NCBI GenBank assembly: GCA_035571655.1
Contig: DATNCH010000290.1
Location: 541 to 64,540 of the forward strand
Length of the DNA stretch: 64,000 bases
Source of the DNA: Pyrinomonadaceae bacterium
Lineage (GTDB): Bacteria; Acidobacteriota; Blastocatellia; Pyrinomonadales; Pyrinomonadaceae
Direction of reading: 5' to 3'
The notes under the pieces are model-generated. The model worked only from the letters and a program-made list of their open reading frames with translations, made no database searches and was not told the DNA's origin. This document shows positions 46,727-55,597 of this stretch, piece after piece (the first letter of the stretch is position 1; each line of letters opens with the position of its first letter). The position numbers and the translations under genes are program-made.

Positions 46727-46931
46727 AACGCCGAAGGCGTTGGTAATTCCAGCCCAGGGTTGGAGCGTAGCGACAACCCTGGGATCAAGAGCCACATTTG
46801 CTTTGAACCCTGAAAGGGTTAGCGGCGCACAGGCCTAACGCTTTCAGCGTTGATTCTTTTTATGTCCTTGATTCCCAGGGTTGTCGCTGCGCTCCAACCC
46901 TGGGCTGGAATTAGCCAACGCCTTCGGCGTT
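46727..46931. repeat. Large composite inverted repeat (MITE-like), about 63-bp arms
   Basis: The left arm AACGCCGAAGGCGTTGGTAATTCCAGCCCAGGGTTGGAGCGTAGCGACAACCCTGGGATCAAG (46727..46789) is near-perfectly complementary to 46867..46931. The arms and spacer carry nested small hairpins (AACGCCGAAGGCGTT, AACCCTGAAAGGGTT, AACGCTTTCAGCGTT). Confidence 0.85.
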
Positions 46932-48553
46932 AAATTGAGCGGGAGATCCACGATCATTGGGTTGTGATCTGAAATCCCGTCTTTCAGACTGTGATTCAAC
47001 GTCTTCAACGTTCTCCCAAAATGCGGCGCGAACGTGTACGGTTGATCCCGATCGTCCGGATCCGTGAGTTGTAGCGGTTTCACGAAGATCCAGTCGAGCT
47101 TCATTTCGACGTTGAACTTTCCTTTCAACTCCAGCGTGCTGACAAAGCCCTTGCTGCCACGTTCGTTTGAATCGGAAAGAGTCTCACCACTCGCGCCGAT
47201 CGAATGATGCTTCGATCCGCGGAAATCAAACGCACGTCCATCGACAAAACGAAAATCCTTCAGAGTGTCGAAAAACTTCTCCTCCGGGTTTTCCGACACG
47301 AACTTCAAACTCTTAACAGTCGGATCGTTCCGGGTGCGCTGCATCTTCACCAGTCCCACGGTGATGTCGTAGATCAACCCGACGCCAGTCGCATACTTGA
47401 TCCCCTGCGTCGCCCAAAAAGAAGTGCTGCCGAGCCGTTTCTTTACTTCGCGCTGAAACGACGTCGGAGTTGCATCGCTCCCCGAGGTGTTCATATCACC
47501 TGCGAGGACCACCGGATTGTCGATGCTCTTGATCTGACTCAGCAGTTCGTCGAGTTGCTTCAGACGTTCTGATGGCTTCGACTTGGCTTCGAGATGCGTC
47601 GCGACGATTGTCGCGGCCCCACCGGGAATACTCGCATCTGCAATATCCGCGAGCAGCATCATGCGGCCGCCGCGACGCACCTCGCGCATGATCTTTTCGC
47701 CGAATACCAGTTTCGCGCCTTTCCGCTTCCCTGTTTCCAACTTCGAGACTCCGTCTTTCTCGTCGTGGTACCAATCGTGTCCCTGGTAGACGTAAGGCAT
47801 GAGGCGAGAGTTTTGGAGGGGGAAACGACTCAAGATCGCCGTGCCGTGCAAACCGAGTGTGCGGCTTTTATCGACGGCAATATTTTTGATTATCTCAGCC
47901 TTCTCAGCGCTCGTTTCGCCTTCGAGTGTTTCCGTGCCGAGCGTAAGCGGGTCGACTTCAATGAACTCCACCCCGAAGACGTAGTTCATCTGCATCGCGG
48001 CCGCGAGTTCCTTTGCGACATTTCGATAATTGGTTCGCTTCAGACCCCAGTCGACTTCGTTCAGGATCACTACGTCGGCGCGACTGAGTGCCGCGGCTTG
48101 CTCGAGGATTTCGGCGAGGTTGAACTTCGAACCTCGCAACGCCGGCGTCAGGCGGCGAAAGAATCTCTGATCGTTCGTGAGTGCTGCCTTAACTGCATCA
48201 AACTCGAGCCCGCGTTCGATATTCCACGTCGCTACTCGCAGGCCGCGGTTTTGTGCCGTCGAAACTCTGCCGGGCCTCGGAGCGCGAACACCTGCAGAGT
48301 TATTGACGAAAGGCGTTCTCAGGAGTCGCGTCACCTTCTCCAAGAGATCTGGCGAAGGCGGATCGTTCTCGTAAAGAGCCACGAGTTCGTTATAAGTCAA
48401 CAGCGCTGGACCAGACGACCCCGCCTGTTGAGCGTATATCGAGTTGTTGAAAGTAAAAACCAGGAAAAGCAAAACTATCGGGACAGCTAACCTCACGCGA
48501 GTGCCTCTATTGGAAGTTGGAAGATCGTGGCCCATCATTATGAGCGGCCACAA
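46844..48553 (-). CDS. Endonuclease/exonuclease/phosphatase (EEP) family protein
   Basis: LRVATWNIERG, VVILNEVD, GDMNTSGSD, ISDHNPMIVDL. The last ~30 codons run into the right arm of the 46727..46931 repeat. Confidence 0.75.
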   Translation of the reverse strand: MWPLIMMGHDLPTSNRGTRVRLAVPIVLLFLVFTFNNSIYAQQAGSSGPALLTYNELVALYENDPPSPDLLEKVTRLLRTPFVNNSAGVRAPRPGRVSTAQNRGLRVATWNIERGLEFDAVKAALTNDQRFFRRLTPALRGSKFNLAEILEQAAALSRADVVILNEVDWGLKRTNYRNVAKELAAAMQMNYVFGVEFIEVDPLTLGTETLEGETSAEKAEIIKNIAVDKSRTLGLHGTAILSRFPLQNSRLMPYVYQGHDWYHDEKDGVSKLETGKRKGAKLVFGEKIMREVRRGGRMMLLADIADASIPGGAATIVATHLEAKSKPSERLKQLDELLSQIKSIDNPVVLAGDMNTSGSDATPTSFQREVKKRLGSTSFWATQGIKYATGVGLIYDITVGLVKMQRTRNDPTVKSLKFVSENPEEKFFDTLKDFRFVDGRAFDFRGSKHHSIGASGETLSDSNERGSKGFVSTLELKGKFNVEMKLDWIFVKPLQLTDPDDRDQPYTFAPHFGRTLKTLNHSLKDGISDHNPMIVDLPLNLTPKALANSSPGLERSDNPGNQGHKKNQR

Positions 48554-48605
48554 AATAGCACAAAAATTACAAAAGGGCTTTTATGCTTTTTGTGCATCTT
48601 TGCGG
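48546..48605. repeat. Family-A palindromic element (degenerate)
   Basis: GCCACAAAATAGCACAAAAATTACAAAAGGGCTTTTATGCTTTTTGTGCATCTTTGCGGC. Confidence 0.75.
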
Positions 48606-48621
48606 CATACTCCGTTGGCCT

Positions 48622-49716
48622 ATGCCCATGACTCTCGACGATCTGCGGCGCTTTACGGTCGCGCGGAATTTCCCGAAGCCTACGACGCTCAACAATGCGC
48701 TGCAGAGAATGGGGTTTGTGCAGGCTGATCCGATCCGTGCCCCGGCGCGTGCGCAGGACCTGACGCTGCGCCATCGAGTGAAAGATTATCGTGCTGGTGA
48801 TCTGGAACGGCGTTACACGCAGCTTGATATCGAAGAAGACTTCTTCGTCAACTACGGTTATGTCACGCGGTCGCTACAAGCGTTGATGCATCCGCGGTCC
48901 AACCCCCGCCTTCCGGCGCTCAGGCAGAAGAAGAAAGCCAAACTCCTGCTGGACTTCATCAGCGAGCGTGGTGAAGCACACCCGCGCGAAGTCGATGAGC
49001 ATTTCGCACACGGCCGTGTGACGAACTACTGGGGCGGTTCGTCAAATGCCACCACACATCTGCTTGACGCAATGCATTATGCCGGCGTGTTGCGTATCGC
49101 TCGCCGCAAGAAAGGCATTCGCATCTACGCCCCACATCGTCACGAACCAGTTCCCAAAACCGTTGCCGAGCGTCGCGCACGAATCGACGCCCTGGTTGAT
49201 GTCCTGGTGCGCATTTACGCGCCGCTGCCTGGTCCAAGTCTTTCTTTTTACCTGCGGCGTTTGCGATACGCGGCTCCGCAGTGGGAAAAGGAGTTGCCGA
49301 GTGCGTTACAACGCGCGAAACAACGGCTCGCACACGCGCGTGTTGAAAACATCGATTGGTACTGGCCGTCAGACGAACAAGCCGAAGGTCACGCAACACA
49401 CGAAGTCGTGCGCTTGCTCGCGCCGTTCGATCCGTTGGTCCATGACCGCGCGCGTTTCGAACGTTTGTGGGGCTGGATTTATCGGTTCGAGGCTTACACT
49501 CCCATAACCAAACGCAAGCTGGGTTATTACGCAATGCCTCTCCTCTGGCGCGACAGCGTGATCGGCTGGGCCAATTTGACAGTAACCAATAACAACCTTC
49601 ACGCTGATGTCGGCTATGTCGAGTCACCGCGCGGACCGGCGTTCAGACGCGAACTGGAAGCGGAACTGACTCGCATGCGCCAGTTCCTGCGTCTGCCGGT
49701 GTTTGCAGAGAAATAG
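48622..49716 (+). CDS. Winged-helix DNA-binding protein, YcaQ/AlkZ-like (putative interstrand-crosslink DNA glycosylase family)
   Basis: MGFVQADPIRAPARAQDLTLRHRV is the pattern I associate with YcaQ/DUF1006. Start moved downstream of the repeat at 48546..48605. Confidence 0.65.
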   Translation: MPMTLDDLRRFTVARNFPKPTTLNNALQRMGFVQADPIRAPARAQDLTLRHRVKDYRAGDLERRYTQLDIEEDFFVNYGYVTRSLQALMHPRSNPRLPALRQKKKAKLLLDFISERGEAHPREVDEHFAHGRVTNYWGGSSNATTHLLDAMHYAGVLRIARRKKGIRIYAPHRHEPVPKTVAERRARIDALVDVLVRIYAPLPGPSLSFYLRRLRYAAPQWEKELPSALQRAKQRLAHARVENIDWYWPSDEQAEGHATHEVVRLLAPFDPLVHDRARFERLWGWIYRFEAYTPITKRKLGYYAMPLLWRDSVIGWANLTVTNNNLHADVGYVESPRGPAFRRELEAELTRMRQFLRLPVFAEK

Positions 49717-49741
49717 ATCTAACGACATAATCCCGTTCAAC

Positions 49742-50698
49742 ATGGAAACACTAAAAACGCTTTACCCGGACGTCGAGCCTTACGACAGCGGGCACATCAG
49801 AGTCTCGCCTGTTCATCAGCTCTATTACGAGCAATGCGGTGTTCCGAACGGGAAACCCGTCGTCTTTCTGCATGGTGGACCAGGCGCGGGGCTGGTACCT
49901 GACTATCGTCGCTTCTTTGATCCTGACGCCTATCGCATCATTCTTTTCGAGCAGCGCGGCGCCGGACGCAGCCTTCCACACGCTTCACTCGACGACAACA
50001 CGACGTGGCATCTGGTCGAGGACATCGAACAGATCCGCGAACACTTCGGTGTCGATCAGTGGCTCGTATTCGGCGGATCGTGGGGTAGCACGCTGGCGCT
50101 CGCTTACGCGGAGTCGCATCCGGAAAGAGTGCGCGGATTGGTCCTGCGCGGAATCTTTTTGTGCCGGCCAAAAGAGATTCGCTGGTTTTATGAAGACAGT
50201 CAGGGCGCGAGCGCGATATTCCCAGACAACTGGGAACCGTACCTGAGCTTGATTCCTGAAGCTGAACGCGGCGACATGATCCGCGCCTATTATCGACGGT
50301 TGACGAGCGACGATGAGTCGGTGCGTCTCGAAGCGGCGAAAGCGTGGGCGAAGTGGGAAGCCAGTGCGTTGAAACTTCTTCCAGACCAGAGTCTCATCGA
50401 TGAGTTCACCGAACCCGACAAAGCGCTCGCAGTCGCGCGAATCGAGTGTCACTACTTCGTGAACAACTGTTTCTTCGAGACTAACAACTACTTGATCGAA
50501 CACGTCGATCGCATTCGAGACATTCCTGCGGTGATTGTTCATGGACGTTACGACGTGGTGTGTCCGTTTATGAACGCATGGGACCTGCATCGCGCCTGGC
50601 CTGAAGCGGAGTTGAAGATCATTCCTGATGCGGGGCATGCGGCAACGGAACGCGGTATAGCCGATGCGCTCGTGAGAGCGACAGACAGTTTTCGTTGA
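49742..50698 (+). CDS. pip: Proline iminopeptidase
   Basis: METLKTLYPDVEPYDSGHI..., GGSWGSTLALAYA, and C-terminal ...IIPDAGHAA. Confidence 0.9.
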   Translation: METLKTLYPDVEPYDSGHIRVSPVHQLYYEQCGVPNGKPVVFLHGGPGAGLVPDYRRFFDPDAYRIILFEQRGAGRSLPHASLDDNTTWHLVEDIEQIREHFGVDQWLVFGGSWGSTLALAYAESHPERVRGLVLRGIFLCRPKEIRWFYEDSQGASAIFPDNWEPYLSLIPEAERGDMIRAYYRRLTSDDESVRLEAAKAWAKWEASALKLLPDQSLIDEFTEPDKALAVARIECHYFVNNCFFETNNYLIEHVDRIRDIPAVIVHGRYDVVCPFMNAWDLHRAWPEAELKIIPDAGHAATERGIADALVRATDSFR

Positions 50699-50762
50699 CA
50701 GGATTTACAGGATTTTTTCAAGATTTATCCTGTTAGTTCTGAAAAATCTTGTCAATCCTGTC
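50697..50762. repeat. Family-C palindromic element
   Basis: GACAGGATTTACAGGATTTTTTCAAGATTTATCCTG...GAAAAATCTTGTCAATCCTGTC. It overlaps the pip stop codon. Confidence 0.9.
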
Positions 50763-50806
50763 TAACACTACTTGATCGCAATTGACCAGCTTCGTCGCCG
50801 AACGGA

Positions 50807-51673
50807 TTATTTCTTTTCTGAATTACGAATGCGCGCGATGACTTCGAGTGCGGTATTGCCGGAGCTTGCGATCTTCTTGAGTGGCTCACGGAAATTCGCG
50901 ATGTCCGGCTTGTCCTCGTCGAGCAACTCGAGACATGTCTTAGCGTTACTGACGACGTTTTCGAGTTGCTGATTCACTTCTTCGATTATCGAAATCGCCG
51001 CCTTACCCGTGCTCGCAGCATATGTGGCTTGCGCCAGTTGACCCTGTGTTCTCGCCAGTATCTCTCTCGCCGCATGATGTTCGATTGCGAGACCCGCGAT
51101 ACGCGTCGCAACCTCGGTTAAGGTAGCCTCGTCGCCGGTGGGAGTTTTCGGCTCGCTGTAATACATCGCAAACGATCCGAGAATTTTTCCGCGCCCGGAC
51201 AGTATCGGCGTCGACCAGCAGGCACGGAGACCATTCGCCACCGCAAGTTCCCGATACTCGTCCCACAGCGGATCAGTAAGAATGTCTGTAACAAACACCG
51301 GCTCGCCGCGATACATCGCCGTCCCACACGAACCCTGCTTTGGCCCAATGGGCGAACCGTCGATTGCCGCGACATACTCCTCGGGCAGACTCGGTGCTGC
51401 CCCGTGAACGACGTGCTCGCCATCTTCGCTGAGCAGCAACACCGAACAAAGCATGTCGGGCACCTGAGCTTCGATCAGAAGCACGAGGCGTTTGAGGATT
51501 TCGCTGAGCGGAGCGTTGGCAGCAAGTCTTTGCAGAATGTGAGCCTGGCCGTGCCGAAAATCTTCTACCTTTTTTTCTGCTGGAGTCTTGTTAGCCGAAG
51601 GCTCAATACGTGGCAGTTGCGCCGTCTTTGCGACCGTTGCATCAACCTTCTGCGTTTTCTCCAGTTCATCCAT
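50807..51673 (-). CDS. GAF-domain protein with a degenerate C-terminal histidine-kinase DHp-like helix and no ATPase domain
   Basis: GAF-like core (...CSVLLLSEDGEHVVHGAAPSLP...CGTAMYRGEPVFVTDILTDPLW...). The C-terminal ISIIEEVNQQLENV...ALEVIARIR resembles an H-box region but has Ile where the phospho-His is expected. Confidence 0.6.
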   Translation of the reverse strand: MDELEKTQKVDATVAKTAQLPRIEPSANKTPAEKKVEDFRHGQAHILQRLAANAPLSEILKRLVLLIEAQVPDMLCSVLLLSEDGEHVVHGAAPSLPEEYVAAIDGSPIGPKQGSCGTAMYRGEPVFVTDILTDPLWDEYRELAVANGLRACWSTPILSGRGKILGSFAMYYSEPKTPTGDEATLTEVATRIAGLAIEHHAAREILARTQGQLAQATYAASTGKAAISIIEEVNQQLENVVSNAKTCLELLDEDKPDIANFREPLKKIASSGNTALEVIARIRNSEKK

Positions 51674-51789
51674 GTTTTTGCTCCCGTGAACGATTATTCA
51701 GGCGCGAAGGGCCTATCATCACAAACCACTTACAATTTCCAATTCGGCTCGCGTATTCTACGCCTCTGCGTGCGTTAGAAGCCATACGT

Positions 51790-53223
51790 ATGTTTCAGCG
51801 TAGGAGCGCCCGAATGAAGCGAATCATAGTTCTGCTGTTTCTGTTGTCAATCGTTGCACCCGCGAGGGCGCAAACCGTCGCGTTCGTCGACGTCAACGTT
51901 ATTCCGATGGACAAAGAGCGGGTGTTGCAACATCAGACCGTGATCGTGCGCAACGGCGTAATCTCTGACATCGGTGACACAAAGCGAATCAAGATCCCGG
52001 CAGGCGCGCAAAGAGTTGACGCTGCGGGGAAGTTTTTGATTCCCGGTCTGACCGACATGCACGTTCATCTTTTTACTGACGACGAATTTCCGGATGAGCT
52101 TGCGGAAGATGAACTCAGGATCATGATCGCTTACGGCGTGACGACGATTCGTTTGATGACCGGCACGCCTGAGCAATTGGTTCTGCGCCGGAAGAGTGCC
52201 GCTGGAGAAATCGTCGCGCCCATGATCTACGCCGCCAGTCCGCAGTTTACCGGACGCAAATCCACCAACGCTCACGTCGTAACGACAGAAGCCGAAGCAC
52301 GAGCTGCTGTCATTAAGTCGAAGCAGGACGGCTACGATTTCATCAAGGTTACGACGTATCTCAAACCAGAAGTGTACGAAGCCATCGTCGATGAAGCCGC
52401 GAAGCAAAATATACGTGTCGTGGGCCATGCTGATAGTCGCACAGTGGGTTTGCCGCGAGCGCTCAAAGCAAAGCAACAGATCGAACATCTTGACTCGTAT
52501 CTCGAAGCGCTCTTGCCTGAGAGTTCGCCGGTCAAAGGTTCCGTGTCTGACATCTATCTCTACAATCCGAAGAACTGGGAGAGTATTGATTACCTCGACG
52601 AAAACAAAATTCCGGAAATAGCGCGGCAGACAGTCCATTCGAATCCGTTTGTTGTGCCGACGCTTCATCTCTTCAAATTCACATTCGGGAAAGGCCGAAG
52701 TGAAGAATCGTTCATGGCCCAGCTGGATATTCGTTTCTACCCGAAGAAGGTCGTCGATCAGTGGATGGCCGTCAGCAAGAGATACCTTTCGACAGCCGCG
52801 CCGATCGAGAAACGCGAGAAATACATCGCGATCAGAAATAAGATCGTGAAAGCGATCTACGACGCAGGCGGACACGTGATGGCGGGCTCTGACACGCCCG
52901 AGTGGCTGATGTTGTACGGCCACACGTTGCATCTCGAGTTGATCGATCTGCGCGACGCTGGACTATCGAATTACGCCGCACTCGAAGCCGCAACGCGAAA
53001 TCCCGCGTTGTTCTTCGGAACGCTCAATAAGACGGGGACGATCGAAAAAGGAAAGCGCGCCAATCTGGTCTTGCTCGATGCAAATCCTCTGGACGACATT
53101 GCCAATACTCAGAAACGCGCAGGTGTAATGATCAACGGCAAGTACTACCTGCAAGCGGAGATGAACAAGTGGCTCGACGAGATCGCGCCGCGGTTTCAAC
53201 ACGCCCTCGACGAGAAGAAGTAA
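51790..53223 (+). CDS. Secreted amidohydrolase-family protein
   Basis: Signal peptide (MFQRRSARMKRIIVLLFLLSIVAPARAQ), GLTDMHVHL metal-binding motif, and C-terminal ...GSDTPE...ANLVLLDANPLDDI. Confidence 0.8.
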   Translation: MFQRRSARMKRIIVLLFLLSIVAPARAQTVAFVDVNVIPMDKERVLQHQTVIVRNGVISDIGDTKRIKIPAGAQRVDAAGKFLIPGLTDMHVHLFTDDEFPDELAEDELRIMIAYGVTTIRLMTGTPEQLVLRRKSAAGEIVAPMIYAASPQFTGRKSTNAHVVTTEAEARAAVIKSKQDGYDFIKVTTYLKPEVYEAIVDEAAKQNIRVVGHADSRTVGLPRALKAKQQIEHLDSYLEALLPESSPVKGSVSDIYLYNPKNWESIDYLDENKIPEIARQTVHSNPFVVPTLHLFKFTFGKGRSEESFMAQLDIRFYPKKVVDQWMAVSKRYLSTAAPIEKREKYIAIRNKIVKAIYDAGGHVMAGSDTPEWLMLYGHTLHLELIDLRDAGLSNYAALEAATRNPALFFGTLNKTGTIEKGKRANLVLLDANPLDDIANTQKRAGVMINGKYYLQAEMNKWLDEIAPRFQHALDEKK

Positions 53224-53285
53224 GCCACAAAAAAGCACAAAAAAAGAGATTACTCACTTTTGTGCCTTTTGTGCCTTTTTGTGAC
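53224..53285. repeat. Family-A palindromic element (in duplication copy 1)
   Basis: GCCACAAAAAAGCACAAAAAAAGAG...CTTTTGTGCCTTTTGTGCCTTTTTGTGAC. Confidence 0.85.
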
Positions 53286-53509
53286 TCTACTTGACGTATT
53301 CCCAGTGCCACGGTTCGTAGAAATAAGGCCGAAATCCGAAGCGCTCGGCATTAGTTTTGGTCGAGGCAAATCCTCTGGACGACATTGCCAATACTCAGAA
53401 ACGCGCAGGTGTGATGATCAATGGCAAGTACTACACGCAAGCGGAGATGAACAAGTGGCTCGATGAGATCGCGCCTCGGTTTCAACACGCGCTCGACGAG
53501 AAGAAGTAA

Positions 53510-53580
53510 GCCACAAAAAGGCACAAAAGGCGCAAAAAAAGAGATTACTCACTTTTGTGCCTTTTGTGCCTTTTTGTGGC
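53510..53580. repeat. Family-A palindromic element (in duplication copy 2, one extra unit)
   Basis: GCCACAAAAAGGCACAAAAGGCGCAAAAAAAGAG...CTTTTGTGCCTTTTGTGCCTTTTTGTGGC. Confidence 0.9.
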
Positions 53581-53581
53581 T

Positions 53582-54469
53582 CTACTTGACGTATTCCCAG
53601 TGCCACGGTTCGTAGAAATAAGGCCGAAAACCGAAGCGCTCGGCATTGTGGACCAGCCAACGGTAAGCGGGCGTGTTGACCTGGATCGCACGGTTCGCAT
53701 CCTTCGTGTCGACGGGACTGCCGCCGACGTAGATGTCCAACGCGCGACCCGTAAAGTGTGGACTGTTGACTGCGAGTCCCGCGCTGCCCGAATTCGGCGA
53801 CTGTCGGCGCAACTGTTCTTGATACTCGGGCGAGCGGAACGCGGAAACGATCTTCAGGTATTTGTCTGTCGATTTTAGATTGAGCGACGGATCGGCGTGC
53901 GCTGCCGCGAGCATCTGTTTGTACGCTTCATACGTGTTGCGCTCGACCTGACGGAGTTCGGTGGCACGTCCGGGATCGTAGAAGTCGGTCGCCGGCCCGA
54001 GTATCAACTGATCGGGCGTTGCGGGGGTGCGAGTCTTGAGTCGATCGCCCTGCCAATGCGAGACCAGCTTCATGAGGGAGGCTTCATCAAGCTGACCGTC
54101 TGCGCGCAGGCCCCGCTTCTTCTGCCACTTTGCGAGTATCGTAGCGAATTCGCTCGTGATCGGATCGTGAGGAGTGTCGAGGGTTTTGCCGATCAGCAGA
54201 TCGTAAAGATACCAACCACGCTGCTGTTTTCCTCCGAAGGTCCAGGTTACTTCGTTGCGAAGAATCGCGTTCTGCGCCGCTGCGGCGGCGAAGGCGCTTG
54301 AAGACGTTGTGCTAAGAGCAACGGTTCGAGCCGGTGGTTCACTTTTAGAGCGGCGCGATTGACTGCTGGTTAGACCTGTGACAGATGCGACTGTCGCAAT
54401 GACGACGAGCAAAGATATAGCCAGAAGAATATGAAGTCTGGGGTTTTTCATAATTATTACGAGATGCAA
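53582..54469 (-). CDS. D-alanyl-D-alanine carboxypeptidase-like (peptidase M15B/VanY) with a peptidoglycan-binding-like segment
   Basis: ILAKWQKKRGLRADGQLDEASL (PG_binding-like), [37 protein letters not shown]. Confidence 0.75.
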   Translation of the reverse strand: MHLVIIMKNPRLHILLAISLLVVIATVASVTGLTSSQSRRSKSEPPARTVALSTTSSSAFAAAAAQNAILRNEVTWTFGGKQQRGWYLYDLLIGKTLDTPHDPITSEFATILAKWQKKRGLRADGQLDEASLMKLVSHWQGDRLKTRTPATPDQLILGPATDFYDPGRATELRQVERNTYEAYKQMLAAAHADPSLNLKSTDKYLKIVSAFRSPEYQEQLRRQSPNSGSAGLAVNSPHFTGRALDIYVGGSPVDTKDANRAIQVNTPAYRWLVHNAERFGFRPYFYEPWHWEYVK

Positions 54470-54492
54470 CGAGGGGGCGATGGGTTCGATCG

Positions 54493-55551
54493 TTAGCGAC
54501 GACGTTTTTTAGAGGATTTCCTCTTCGGTTTTTCCTTCACTTTGGCTGGTTTCGGTGCTGCGTGATGCGCTTCTTCAGGGGGAGGAGCACCGGCCTTCTC
54601 CAGTGCCGCAGTGATCAGGTCGTCAGGCGGACGGATGCCATTAATAAAAGCGAACACATGATAGTTCGCGTTCCTCTCGCGTATTACCTCGATACGACCT
54701 TCTCTCTTCAGACGCGCGAGTTCGGTCATAACGAACGTCTGCTCTGGGCCACTCATGTATCGATAGTCGATGTCGAATGCGAGGCCCGTTGAATGCGGCG
54801 GACTGTCGATCAGCACCGCGTTTCTGTTCACGCGCCGCAACGCATGTTGATACTGTTCCGGCCTCATAAGTGAGCTCACGGGAAGCGGGCGATCAAATTG
54901 TCGATGATATGCGGCAGCTACTTCTTCCAGGATCTTGAACGCTTCAGGTCGCACCGAACTCAACATATTGATTTTCAACGCCTGGCGATCTGATGGGTTG
55001 TATAGGTCATAGGAACGCCCGCCGAAATTCTTCGCGAGCGCCTGAAGCGCTTCGTAGTCGCGCGCGAGTTTTTGCGGGTCGTGCGCATCGCTTTGTTGCG
55101 GGTCGGTGCTTTCATCATCGTCTTCGAACCTCGAGAACTCAGCGTCGTCTGCTCTCTGACCGATGCCGAAGAGGACGTATGAGTCAGTGACAAACGGGAC
55201 AGAAATCACTTCGCCACGTTGAATCATCGAGGCGAGATCGAGAAAGTCCTGGCAAGTATGAACGTTGTATTTATCAATCTCCGCGACCTGTGTGGCCAGA
55301 AACCAGTAACGCTCGCTGTAGTGTTTGAGCTCAGGCGGAGTTTCAGCACCTCCTGTCTCGGTTCGTGCCTCTTTGACCTTCTCGGCCGCACGCACCCACG
55401 CATCCGCACTCGACGAATTCATAAACGTCGAGTTGGTGGTTACCGATTGAATGAGGCGAGTCCGCCTAAAATCCGTAAACCGCACCAGCGCCCACACACC
55501 CGCGCACGCCACCGCACAAAAAAGAAACAGCAGCAAGATCCTCTTCCGCAT
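54493..55551 (-). CDS. Hypothetical protein, possibly M15-like (DUF5715-type)
   Basis: N-terminal TM. PPHSTGLAFDIDYRYM resembles the H-x6-D zinc site of M15 peptidases. Basic C-terminal tail. Confidence 0.4.
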   Translation of the reverse strand: MRKRILLLFLFCAVACAGVWALVRFTDFRRTRLIQSVTTNSTFMNSSSADAWVRAAEKVKEARTETGGAETPPELKHYSERYWFLATQVAEIDKYNVHTCQDFLDLASMIQRGEVISVPFVTDSYVLFGIGQRADDAEFSRFEDDDESTDPQQSDAHDPQKLARDYEALQALAKNFGGRSYDLYNPSDRQALKINMLSSVRPEAFKILEEVAAAYHRQFDRPLPVSSLMRPEQYQHALRRVNRNAVLIDSPPHSTGLAFDIDYRYMSGPEQTFVMTELARLKREGRIEVIRERNANYHVFAFINGIRPPDDLITAALEKAGAPPPEEAHHAAPKPAKVKEKPKRKSSKKRRR

Positions 55552-55577
55552 AACTCTCGAATAGTACCAGCCAGGTA

Positions 55578-55596
55578 CACAAAAAGCACAAAAGGG
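55578..55596. repeat. Family-A half element
   Basis: CACAAAAAGCACAAAAGGG, between two minus-strand genes. Confidence 0.6.
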
Positions 55597-55597
55597 C

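Larger units (their letters stand above)
53075..53647. repeat. Diverged tandem duplication (copy 1 53075..53352, 8-nt junction, copy 2 53361..53647)
   Basis: Each copy holds the last ~49 codons of the amidohydrolase gene, a family-A palindrome and the last ~20 codons of the convergent M15 peptidase gene. The copies differ by about 11 substitutions and one 9-nt unit. Confidence 0.9.

Noticed and set aside
47594-48490. 298-aa ORF antisense to the EEP gene, plus 49985..50638, 48959..49627, 51847..52932 (361 aa), 57716..58804 (362 aa) and 60506..61081.
   Set aside because: All are nested antisense to genes with recognisable motifs. They have no RBS or motif support.
53260-53878. ORFs 53260..53466, 53418..53660 and 53555..53878 in the duplicated region.
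   Set aside because: They are created by the family-A palindromes and the duplicated gene-end fragments. They begin with the repeat-encoded MCLLCLFV... and have no independent support.
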